Shown here: one piece after another, positions 41,025 to 49,617 of the stretch
How positions within the stretch are numbered: position 1 is the first letter of the stretch
How the letters are laid out: each line of letters opens with the position of its first letter
From: Candidatus Marinacidobacterales bacterium
Lineage (GTDB): Bacteria; Acidobacteriota; Vicinamibacteria; Marinacidobacterales; SMYC01
Assembly: GCA_965224085.1 (NCBI GenBank)
Contig: CBDCYI010000004.1
Span: forward strand, 128,001 to 192,000
DNA length: 64,000 nucleotides
Reading direction: 5' to 3'
Program-made: the position numbers and the translations under genes
Notes under the pieces: model-generated
Database searches by the model: none
Told to the model about the DNA's origin: nothing
What the model saw: only the letters and a program-made list of their open reading frames with translations

Positions 41025-41729
41025 ATGAAGACCGATGCGCCAAGCTACCACGGCTATCGATTTCCACCGGAAATCATCAGCCACGCCGTCTGGCTCTACC
41101 ACCGATTCTGCGTGAGCTTTCGAAACGTCGAAGAGCTGCTTGCTCAGCGAGGCATCACGGTTTCCTACGAAGCGATCCGACTTTGGTGCATCAAGTTCGG
41201 GCCGGAATACGCTCGGCGACTGAAGCGTCGGCAGGGTCGCCTTGGTGACACGTGGCACCTGGACGAGGTCTTCATAAAGATACAAGGCGAACGCCAATAC
41301 CTCTGGCGCGCGGTAGACCAAGATGGTGATGTGATTGATATCCTCGTCCAGCCTCGCCGTGATCAGAAAGCCGCCAAACGATTCTTCCGCAAGCTGTTGA
41401 AAGGGCAAGGCCGTCCGCCCTGGCAGCTGGTCACCGACAAACTGAGAAGCTACAGCGCCGCTCACCGCGAGGTCATGCCGTCCGTCGTCCACGACACTGA
41501 CCAGTACAGAAACAACCTAGCCGAAGTCTCGCACGAACCGACGCGACAACGGGAACGACAGATGCGGAAGTTTAAAACTCCTGGGCAGGCGCAACGATTC
41601 TTGACCGTGCATGGACTCGTGCAAAACCTCTTTCGCGTCGGACGGCATTTGTTGCAAGCGCATCATCATCGGGAGCTACGAGACCGCGCTTTCATCGTCT
41701 GGCAGGAGGTAACCTGTGCCGTCCGATGA
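41025..41729 (+). CDS. IS6-family DDE transposase
   Basis: YRFPPEII..AVWLY, WHLDEV, YLWRAVD, VTDKL, NNLAEVSH. Confidence 0.95.
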   Translation: MKTDAPSYHGYRFPPEIISHAVWLYHRFCVSFRNVEELLAQRGITVSYEAIRLWCIKFGPEYARRLKRRQGRLGDTWHLDEVFIKIQGERQYLWRAVDQDGDVIDILVQPRRDQKAAKRFFRKLLKGQGRPPWQLVTDKLRSYSAAHREVMPSVVHDTDQYRNNLAEVSHEPTRQRERQMRKFKTPGQAQRFLTVHGLVQNLFRVGRHLLQAHHHRELRDRAFIVWQEVTCAVR

Positions 41730-41790
41730 GAGCAAAGGAAATCAGCTCGACGCAATAGGTTCGCTCGCTCAACGTCAACTAATAAGAAAC

Positions 41791-43029
41791 TCAGGGTGTA
41801 GCGTTGGCAAGAGGTGTGAGAGTGACGTCAAAACCGAGCTCCCTTAGGCGTCGTGTCATTCGTATTGTGAGCTGTTCCTTGTCGCGTTGATGGAAGTAAT
41901 CGGCACCCAGTTCCCGGTATGGAATCTCATTGTGGAGCATGTAGTAGACGGCGGTGATGATGGAGGCGGCGACGGCGACGACAGCTTTCTTGGGGCCCCG
42001 ACGAGATTTGAGCCGGAAGAACTGGGCACGCAGATAGCTGTCGCGCTTGCGGCTTGCCGCCCAAGCGGCTTGGACAAGAGCGGTCTTGAGCCATGGAGCC
42101 CCTTTGCGGGTTTTCTGAGAAAAGCGTTTACCGGCACTCTCATGAAGCCGTGGGCATAGACCGGCCCAAGAGCGAAGGTGTCCGGCCGTTGGGAATGCCG
42201 AGACATCGGGTCCGATCTCGGCGACGAGAATGGCCGCCGTGGCTTCACTGATGCCCGGGATCGTCACCAGAAGCTCGACGGCCGATCGAAAAGGGCGCAG
42301 GCTCTCTGTGATACGGGATTCGAGCGCGCTCACTGAGGCTTCAAGCTGCTCGATATGATTGAGATGAAAACCCAACAGGAAACGATGATGGTCGGTAACG
42401 TAGCCCTCGAGCGCTGCGCTCAATTCCTGTTCAGTGGCTTTGAGTCGGCTTGAGCCCAGCTCACTCAGCTTGTGAGGGTCGCTTTCTCCCGCAATGATCG
42501 CTCGGAGAATCGCCCGCCCGCTTACTCCCAAAATCGTGCTAATCACGCTCGTCAATTTGATGTTCGCGTCTTCCAACGTCTTTTGAATTCGCTGGGTCTC
42601 CCGAGCGATTTCTCGAACGAACTGCTTTCGCGTTCGGGTCAGCTCTCGCAGTTCCTGGATCGGCGTTGGCGGAACGAAGCTAGCTCGAATGAGACCATGG
42701 GCAAGCAAATCCGCTATCCACAAGGCATCACTGATATCGCTCTTACGACCCGGCATGTTCTTGACGTGGGCCGGTTGTGCCAACACCAACTCAAAATGAC
42801 CTTCGAGCACATGCCACACCGGCTTCCAATACACTCCGGTCGCTTCCATCGCTACAATCGTGCAACCGCACTGCCCCAGCCAATCCAACATTTCCAGCAA
42901 TTCGCTCGTGGCCGTGCCGAACACACGCGTCTCGCGCACCACCTTCCGCTTCGTCGCTACCCGCACGCAAGCCGTAATCGATTTCTGGTGGACGTCCAAT
43001 CCGGCGCATCGCTTATGAACCACTCTCAT
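41791..43029 (-). CDS. IS110-family DEDD recombinase/transposase
   Basis: GLDVH, MEATG, RKSDISDA, TIPGIS, SWAGLCP..ESAGK. Confidence 0.95.
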   Translation of the reverse strand: MRVVHKRCAGLDVHQKSITACVRVATKRKVVRETRVFGTATSELLEMLDWLGQCGCTIVAMEATGVYWKPVWHVLEGHFELVLAQPAHVKNMPGRKSDISDALWIADLLAHGLIRASFVPPTPIQELRELTRTRKQFVREIARETQRIQKTLEDANIKLTSVISTILGVSGRAILRAIIAGESDPHKLSELGSSRLKATEQELSAALEGYVTDHHRFLLGFHLNHIEQLEASVSALESRITESLRPFRSAVELLVTIPGISEATAAILVAEIGPDVSAFPTAGHLRSWAGLCPRLHESAGKRFSQKTRKGAPWLKTALVQAAWAASRKRDSYLRAQFFRLKSRRGPKKAVVAVAASIITAVYYMLHNEIPYRELGADYFHQRDKEQLTIRMTRRLRELGFDVTLTPLANATP

Positions 43030-43044
43030 CGCAGCCTCCTTCAC

Positions 43045-43205
43045 GTCGCACCGGCGTGGAGCCCACGAACTTGTAATCTAATAGACGCGCTCAACTATCC
43101 CAGCTGGAATAGAAAACGCAATTTGGGGTACGCGCAGGACTCCCAGCCAAACTTGACAACGGGCTCAGTCGCACCAACGTTAAGCCGACCTCTGAGCCGG
43201 TGCCA
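43045..43205 (-). ncRNA. Putative IS110 bridge/seek RNA region
   Basis: Contains TTGTCAAGTT (equals target flank plus core) and TATTAG (equals donor end plus part of core). GGCTCAG/CTGAGCC, GCACCGGC/GCCGGTGC and ACGCGC-type complementary segments. Boundaries approximate. Confidence 0.6.
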
Positions 43206-43272
43206 CCTTCACAGACTACCGCGTTTCATTCATTCGGGGTGGCCGTCAGGCCGTGGAAAACTTGACAATACC

Positions 43273-43374
43273 GTCATGGGTCACCTTGTCTTCGGTGCCA
43301 TTCTGGGCGGCAGCTACGGGTGGATCTCGATCCCGGCGTGCTCCTCTTCAGGACTGGCAGCCGAGGCGCCCTGA
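43273..43374 (+). pseudogene. C-terminal fragment of a membrane protein abutting the IS6 IRR
   Basis: VMGHLVFGAILGGSYGW...*; N-terminus missing. Confidence 0.5.
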
Positions 43375-43459
43375 CCCGAGTAGATCGACCCCCTGGACAT
43401 CAGTCCGAGGGGTCGACTTCCCCCTCGAGTTTCGAGGACCAAACACGGTAGAGAAAAAG

Positions 43460-44221
43460 ATGATTCAAAACGAGGACCAACCGACACGACTTCGTTGCTC
43501 AGAAATCTGGGGCGGCATTGGGAATACGGATCTGGATGTTTCTACCAGACCAGTGACGACGAGCTTATTCTCCAGCGCATCCGATAGCGACAGCGGCGGT
43601 GATGTTTATTACTTCAGTGTCTGCTCCCGCAACACGATCGTTCGGATCGCGATGGCCGACGTGATGGGCCACGGACGTGCCGTGAGCACGATGAGTCAGT
43701 GGATGTACACCGCTCTCGTCGAGAGCATGGACAGCATCCATAGTAACGACATACTCGGCGATCTCAACCGCCTTGCCAACGAACGAGGTCATGAAGCCAT
43801 TACCACAGCGGTAGTGTTCAGCTTCCGGGTCGACAACTCCGAGCTGTACCTATCGTATGCGGGGCACCCGCCCGTGTGGATTCGCCGGCACAGGGAGGGC
43901 GTGTGGCAGCCGCTTGCACAAAAGCAACAGACTCAGCCAATGAACCTCCCGCTGGGTATGTTTCCTGGTACCAAATACAGCCAGCAGCAGCTTCGCCTCG
44001 ATTCGGGCGACCGAACTTTGGTGTTCACCGACGGCCTCATAGATGCGCCGAGCAAAAACGGCCAGCCTTTCGGTCACGAGCGGCTTCGAGCCGCTCTGGA
44101 AGAGGCTGGCGGCGGGACTCTGTTCCACCTCAAACAAAGTGTTCTCGCGGCCGTGCGCTCGCATACCGGCGGCTCCCTTGGTCACGACGATTTGACGCTT
44201 ATTGCGGTAGATGTGCATTAG
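43460..44221 (+). CDS. PP2C/SpoIIE-family phosphatase
   Basis: GGDVY, ADVMGHG, AGHPP, FTDGL, DDLT. Confidence 0.9.
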   Translation: MIQNEDQPTRLRCSEIWGGIGNTDLDVSTRPVTTSLFSSASDSDSGGDVYYFSVCSRNTIVRIAMADVMGHGRAVSTMSQWMYTALVESMDSIHSNDILGDLNRLANERGHEAITTAVVFSFRVDNSELYLSYAGHPPVWIRRHREGVWQPLAQKQQTQPMNLPLGMFPGTKYSQQQLRLDSGDRTLVFTDGLIDAPSKNGQPFGHERLRAALEEAGGGTLFHLKQSVLAAVRSHTGGSLGHDDLTLIAVDVH

Positions 44222-44233
44222 CGGCGGCTCGAA

Positions 44234-45658
44234 TCACTCCGCTCCGAGCTCGTCGATACGGAACAACCGACCCGCGCGCATGACGTGAGTAACGTTGCGA
44301 AGATGACGGATATCTTCGAGCGGATTCTCCGCGAGCACAATCAGATCCGCGATCTTGTTCGACGCGACGACACCTATGTCGTCGCGGCCCATCGCTCGCG
44401 CGCCATTTCTCGTCGCCATGACGATGAACTCGTTCGACTCGATGCCCGCGGCGTGCATCGCTTCGATCTCGGCATAGACCGATGGACCATGGAACGTCCC
44501 GGGATTGCCCGCATCGGTGCCCATCGCGATGGGGATGCCGGCACGGTGGACCCGGCGGAGGTTCTCGACTTTGCGCTCGTAGGATTCAGCAAGTCGCTCA
44601 CGGTAAGCGGCGAAATCGCGTTCGAACGTCCGCACCTCGGGATGGTCCACGAGGCTCGGACTTTCGAGGACCCGCCGCCTCGTCGCGATGTCGATGCATC
44701 CGTTCGGATCGTCGAGACTCGGCGCGGCGACGCCTTTGACGGCTTCGAACATGTTTAAATAGCCGTCGCTGACCATGAGGGTCGGCGTGTAGATCGTTCC
44801 CGCCTCTTTCGCCAGCGTCAGAAACTCGTCGTCCACGAGTTGATCGTCGACGCCGTGGACGAGGAGATGCGTGCCTTCACGCAATACGACTTTCGCCTCG
44901 CGCAAGCTCGTCGCGTGGTCGATCAGCGGAAGGTTCTTGCGGCGCGCCTCGTCCGCGACGGCTATCACCCGGCCATCGATGTCCTCGCGCTCGCCTTCGC
45001 GCACGCGAAGAAACCAGACCTTGATTGCGTCGGTCGCCCGCGACGCCATGTAGCGCACGGCGGCGCGTCCCGCCTCTTCGTCCGACAACAAGATCATCTC
45101 CTGCTCGCCGGGCAGATTCAGCTTTTCCCGTGGTGCATGCGTGATCAACGGGCCCGCGGCGGCGACGTGCGGCGACATTGGTTCGCGCTCGGCCGGAGCA
45201 CGCAGCTCCCATGACCAAGGAAAGCCGCCGACATCGAAGACGCTAGTGACGCCCGAGCACAGGTACGAGCGATAGTAGCGGCTCGGGTTCGACTTGAGCT
45301 GGGCTTGGGTGACGTCGAACGGATGCCGATCGCGAAGGTCCAGCGTGTCGGGGCGTCCCTCGAACCAGCCGGTTTGAGCGAAGTGCACATGCGCATCGAC
45401 GAGCCCGGGAAGAACCCAAGACCCCGACGGCAGTGCGACGACGAGAGCACCCTCGGGAGCAGCGCATGCGTCGCGCGTGCCGGCGCAGACGATCTGCTCA
45501 CCCCGCACCACGATGCGCGCGCTCGGCACCGGGGCCGCCCCCGTTCCATCGAAGAGCGTCCCTCCCTCGAGAATAAGAGCCGCGTCTTCGGTCTCTGCCG
45601 GAGCTCCGACGGCAACGATACAGACGACGAGAAGAGCCACCGATACACACTGTTTCAT
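44234..45658 (-). CDS. Amidohydrolase family protein, secreted
   Basis: PGLVDAHVH, GTDAGN; signal peptide. Confidence 0.9.
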   Translation of the reverse strand: MKQCVSVALLVVCIVAVGAPAETEDAALILEGGTLFDGTGAAPVPSARIVVRGEQIVCAGTRDACAAPEGALVVALPSGSWVLPGLVDAHVHFAQTGWFEGRPDTLDLRDRHPFDVTQAQLKSNPSRYYRSYLCSGVTSVFDVGGFPWSWELRAPAEREPMSPHVAAAGPLITHAPREKLNLPGEQEMILLSDEEAGRAAVRYMASRATDAIKVWFLRVREGEREDIDGRVIAVADEARRKNLPLIDHATSLREAKVVLREGTHLLVHGVDDQLVDDEFLTLAKEAGTIYTPTLMVSDGYLNMFEAVKGVAAPSLDDPNGCIDIATRRRVLESPSLVDHPEVRTFERDFAAYRERLAESYERKVENLRRVHRAGIPIAMGTDAGNPGTFHGPSVYAEIEAMHAAGIESNEFIVMATRNGARAMGRDDIGVVASNKIADLIVLAENPLEDIRHLRNVTHVMRAGRLFRIDELGAE

Positions 45659-45675
45659 GTCTATCTCCGGACGAT

Positions 45676-46086
45676 TCACTCTGGAAGTAGATCGAGACCA
45701 ATCGGCTTTCTTAGAGCCTCGAAGTGTCGACGATCCGTGGTTGCGATACGCCGCAGCTCGAGAGTTTCTGCCAAGGCAACGACCGCTGCGTCCACGAAAC
45801 CGAGCTCGAGATCCTCGAATATCTCGTTCAGCTCGAGAACGCGACGATAGGCATCGCGCGGCAGGTCGGCAACGAAATAGGAGCCGTCTACCAAGCCCTT
45901 GTAGAAGGTCTTGCGCGCGGCGCTTCCAAGTCGGGAACCGAGAAGATGATCGACCTCGGGAATGACGGGCGCCGGCACAATCAGCTGACCCGGCTCCTTT
46001 TTCAAGAGATCCGCGCTGCGCCGATGCCACGCGTCACTCCGATCGTAGAACGCGTAAAGAACTCCGGTGTCGAGGATGATGGGCAT
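45676..46086 (-). CDS. PIN-domain (VapC-like) toxin
   Basis: ILDTGVL, GFVDA, TTDRRHF. Confidence 0.9.
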   Translation of the reverse strand: MPIILDTGVLYAFYDRSDAWHRRSADLLKKEPGQLIVPAPVIPEVDHLLGSRLGSAARKTFYKGLVDGSYFVADLPRDAYRRVLELNEIFEDLELGFVDAAVVALAETLELRRIATTDRRHFEALRKPIGLDLLPE

Positions 46087-46322
46087 CAATCCTTCGACTC
46101 ACCGAAACCGGACTCCGCAAGCACTTCGTCCACACGCCCGGCGGTATCCGAGAGGCCGCTCGCGAACTCTCCTTCTCCCGGCGGAAGCTTCCCGGGTCTC
46201 TTTTCCAGGTACTCGCGCAGAGCTTCCCTGATGATCTCCGCCATCGGCGTTTTCCGCTGCATGGCTTCGAGTTGCAGACGGACTTCGAGCTCCGGATCCA
46301 GGTATATCGTCGTCCGCTTCAT
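46086..46322 (-). CDS. Ribbon-helix-helix (CopG/VapB-like) antitoxin
   Basis: MKRTTIYL...AEIIREALREYL. Confidence 0.88.
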   Translation of the reverse strand: MKRTTIYLDPELEVRLQLEAMQRKTPMAEIIREALREYLEKRPGKLPPGEGEFASGLSDTAGRVDEVLAESGFGESKD

Positions 46323-46347
46323 ATGTTTATGTTAGCATAAGCATATG
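46320..46347. promoter_or_regulatory. Palindromic operator of the TA operon
   Basis: CATATGTTTATG-TTAG-CATAAGCATATG, overlapping the antitoxin start codon. Confidence 0.65.
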
Positions 46348-46430
46348 GTATATCGCGAACCGCGTCGTTGTTCGAATCTGAGCTGAGTGCATGGCTAGCA
46401 CTATTTACTCGCACAGGAGCGTAGTGACTT

Positions 46431-46925
46431 TCAGAGATCGACCTCGAACGTGACGCCGCGTTCCGTCTCGTAATCGACGAGTTGGGTCGGGTTCGGGTCG
46501 ACGTTCAAAATGACGAAGCTCGCTCCCGGGGGCGAAAGTATGTAGCGATCGAGCGAATGCCACGTGCCGATCTTGTATACAAAACCCTGTGTCCCGTCGA
46601 TCAGGAACGCATGAACGTCTTCAGGCTCGGGGATGGCTTTCGGGTCGTTCAGGTTCGTGGGGGCCGCGACGGCGACCACCGCGAGCGAGCCCGAAAGCGG
46701 CACGAAGGTCTGGGTGACGTTGAAATGCCTTTCGAGCTCCGTGAAAGTGCGGCCTTGGTAGGGCTGCCAGATGACGTCGAGCGTCGGCCGGCCGTCGATC
46801 TCGCAGGGCGCCGAAAAAAACTCGCGTTGCTCCGCCGGCATCGACTTTGCCTCCATGACTTCCCCAAACGGACGGAACGACTCCGCCGTCATGACTTCGA
46901 CTTTGAGCTTGTGAACTTTTGTCAT
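46431..46925 (-). CDS. Ureidoglycolate lyase-like cupin
   Basis: T.ESFRPFGEV, LERHF..TQTFVPL, G.WHS. Confidence 0.8.
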   Translation of the reverse strand: MTKVHKLKVEVMTAESFRPFGEVMEAKSMPAEQREFFSAPCEIDGRPTLDVIWQPYQGRTFTELERHFNVTQTFVPLSGSLAVVAVAAPTNLNDPKAIPEPEDVHAFLIDGTQGFVYKIGTWHSLDRYILSPPGASFVILNVDPNPTQLVDYETERGVTFEVDL

Positions 46926-46937
46926 GGTATCCTCCCG

Positions 46938-48341
46938 TTAGAAGGGCCCAAGCGCGATGGATTGCGCGATGACCACCCCGATGACCGCCGTCGCGAGCAC
47001 GATCCAAAAAAACGGCCAGTAGAATTTTAGCCACGTCGCGAAGCTCACGCGGCCGATCGCGAGCGTCGCCACGAAATAGCCGGACGTGGGGAAAAGAATA
47101 TTGGTGATGCCGTCGCCCCAATGGGTCGCGAGCACGACGACTTGACGCGTCAGCCCGACAAGATCCGCCATCGGGAGGAGAATCGGAAGCGTGATCAGGC
47201 ATTGACCGCTCCCCGACGGCACGAGAAAGTTGAACACGGTCTGTGTGAACAGAATCCCAACCGCCGTGAACGCTCCGGGAAGCGACTGGACGACGCTTGC
47301 GATGTGGAACACAAAGGTGTCGAGAATATTGCCTTCGACCATAATGACCGAGACGCCACGCGCCACCCCGACGATCAGAGCCCCGACGAGCATCTCCTTG
47401 AGCGCGCTGTTGAAGTTGCGGCAGATTTCGTTGACCGCGTGCCCCACGACCAGGGACGTGACCACCGCCATGGCGACGAAAAGGCCCGAGATCTCCTCGA
47501 AACTCAGACCGAGTCGCAGGATCGCGACGACGATGGCGATGAACATAATGAGTGCAGCGGGCGCAGCAAAGCGTTGACGCTCGGTGAATCTCTGTTCAGT
47601 TTCTCCCTCCGCGGCGAGCTCCGTCCGGAGCGCCGCATCCACCGCCGCGTTCAAACCCGACTCGGGATGCGCGTGCACTTTTCTCGCGTAGCGCATCACG
47701 AAAGCGATGGAGAAGAGCTCGACTGCGAGAAAGGACAACGCGCGATACCAAGCGCCAGAGAACATCGGGAGCTGCGCCAGCATGTGCCCGATGCCAATCG
47801 TGGAGGGCGCGCTAATCCCGAACGCATAGCCAAGCGAGGACGAGAGCAGCACGAGCGCCGCCGCCGTCACGGAGTCATAGCCGAGCCGAAGCATGAGCGG
47901 AAGCACGATCGGCAAATACGCGATGCTGAGCTCCGGCGTTCCGATGAAGGCCGCGGTCAGCCCAAAGACTCCCATGAGCGCCGGGATCAAAAGCTCGATC
48001 CGACCGCCCATCGAAATCATCAGACGTCGAACCCCTAAATCGATGACGCCCGTGCGGCGCAGCACGCCGACCGAACCACCAACGAGAAGTGTCAAGAACA
48101 CGACACTCGAAGCGTCGCTGAGACCTACGGGTATCGCCGTCACGATATCCATGAACCCGACAGGCGTCGACTCGATCACGTGGTACGAGCCCGGAACGAC
48201 ACTCTCGCGGCCGTTCGGCAACACGATGCGCTCGTAGCTTCCCGCGGGCACGATCCACGTGAGAGCCGCGACAACGAGGATGAAGCCGAACAGCACGACA
48301 TAAATGTCGGGAAGCTCGAAGCGCGCCCGCGCCACCGTCAC
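46938..48341 (-). CDS. YfcC/DcuC-like transporter
   Basis: LTWIVPAGSYER, VPSGSGQ, GDGITN...PTSG. Confidence 0.88.
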   Translation of the reverse strand: MTVARARFELPDIYVVLFGFILVVAALTWIVPAGSYERIVLPNGRESVVPGSYHVIESTPVGFMDIVTAIPVGLSDASSVVFLTLLVGGSVGVLRRTGVIDLGVRRLMISMGGRIELLIPALMGVFGLTAAFIGTPELSIAYLPIVLPLMLRLGYDSVTAAALVLLSSSLGYAFGISAPSTIGIGHMLAQLPMFSGAWYRALSFLAVELFSIAFVMRYARKVHAHPESGLNAAVDAALRTELAAEGETEQRFTERQRFAAPAALIMFIAIVVAILRLGLSFEEISGLFVAMAVVTSLVVGHAVNEICRNFNSALKEMLVGALIVGVARGVSVIMVEGNILDTFVFHIASVVQSLPGAFTAVGILFTQTVFNFLVPSGSGQCLITLPILLPMADLVGLTRQVVVLATHWGDGITNILFPTSGYFVATLAIGRVSFATWLKFYWPFFWIVLATAVIGVVIAQSIALGPF

Positions 48342-48709
48342 GCGGTCCCCCGCGCGTAGCGCCGAACGACGAAGGCGTAGAGGGCTACGTTCGCGACCAG
48401 AACGAGCGCGGCCAGCCCGAACTGCACGTTGCGCGTCAGCGCTTCGGGATAGATGACGGGCAACAAATAGTGCTCGACGAAGCTCGTCTCGTAGCCGCGC
48501 TCCCCCGCCAGGCGACGGAGCCAATTTTCGAGCGGTGTCAATGGGCACGTCCAGCCGCCAAGCTCGATGAGAACAGCCCACACCGCCGCAGGTAAATGCG
48601 CCCACAGGAGGCGGGGCCAGCGGGCCACGAGCAGCCCGCCCAGTACGATAAAAAAGATGAAGGCGAGGTGGATCGCCAACGTCAGGTCAGCAAGTGCGGA
48701 TGGGATCAA
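48338..48709 (-). CDS. DUF2784 membrane protein
   Basis: HLAFI, HLPA..W, CPLTPLEN.LR, FVEHY. Confidence 0.88.
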   Translation of the reverse strand: MIPSALADLTLAIHLAFIFFIVLGGLLVARWPRLLWAHLPAAVWAVLIELGGWTCPLTPLENWLRRLAGERGYETSFVEHYLLPVIYPEALTRNVQFGLAALVLVANVALYAFVVRRYARGTA

Positions 48710-49611
48710 CGCGCGTACACCACCTTGTCGCCTACGATGGTCGTGAGCACGCGGATGTCCCGAATGTGCTCCTCTACGACGCTCAGCGGGTTCTCCTCGA
48801 GCACGACGAAATCTGCGCGCTTCCCGACTTTGATCGATCCCTTCAAATGATCTTCGTGGTTTTGCCACGCCGCGTCGATCGTTACCGCGCGCAACGCTTC
48901 GCGCGCGGTGATACGTTGCTCCGGGCCGAGCACTTTCCCAGACGTCGTGATGCGGTTGACCGCGTCCCAGACGAGCTGGAGCGGTTTGACCGGTGTGACG
49001 GGCGTGTCGTCGTGCACGGTGAAACGAATGCCGCGATCGACTGCGGATTTCAGAGGGCTCAAGCGCGCCGCGCGCTCGGGACCCATGAAGATGTCCCGGT
49101 GGCGATCGCCCCAGTAGTAGGCGTGGCCAACGAAAAAGGATGGGCTGATGCCGAGCTCTTTGATCGCGTCGAGCTGATCCTCTCGGGCCATTTGGCAATG
49201 CTCGATTCGGTGGCGCGCGTCTTCACGAGGAAAATCCTTTTGCGCTTCGCGATAGGCGTAGAGGATGTCGTCTATGTCGTCTATGTCGTCTATGTCGTCC
49301 ATAGTCTCGATGCCGCCGATCGGCGGGCTGTTCAGGTCCACGCTGAAAAGCGCCACCCGACCCGAGCCCGGGAAGTGGTCGTGCGCCGCGTAGAGGCCAG
49401 GAAGGAGCACCGCCCCGTCGAGGTCGACATGCTTCGTTTCCGGGCCCGCCATCGCCTCGATGGTTGCGTTGTCTCCCACCGCAACGATCTTGCCGTCGTC
49501 GACGGCGACTGCCTGCGCCTCGGTTGCGTCCGCGTCCATCGTCACAACTGTCGCGTTCAAATAGACGGTGTCCGGGCTCAGAAGAGCCAGCAGCAAAGCC
49601 CACATGGTCAT
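48706..49611 (-). pseudogene. YtcJ-like amidohydrolase with a large in-frame internal deletion
   Basis: N-part (PGLYAAHDH) joined directly to C-part (RHRIEHCQ, GSIKVGKRADFVVL). Only 301 aa; the junction is a 9-bp tandem repeat. Confidence 0.7.
49265..49299. repeat. 9-bp tandem repeat ATGTCGTCT, ~3.9 copies
   Basis: Read directly from the sequence; encodes DDIDDIDDIDDI. Confidence 0.9.
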
Positions 49612-49617
49612 CGCGCA

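Larger units (their letters stand above)
41781..43262 (-). mobile_element. Intact IS110-family element with AACT core at both junctions
   Basis: AACT at 41777-41780 and 43259-43262; transposase plus a ~230-bp upstream non-coding end. Confidence 0.9.
40985..43272 (+). mobile_element. IS6-family element; right inverted repeat interrupted by IS110
   Basis: IRL TGCTGTCAAATTGA. IRR reconstitutes as TCAACTTGACAATACC when 41781-43262 is removed. Confidence 0.85.

Noticed and set aside
43383-43418. GC-rich hairpin upstream of the PP2C gene
   Set aside because: Plausible terminator of the truncated gene, but single copy with no clear U-tract, so not called.
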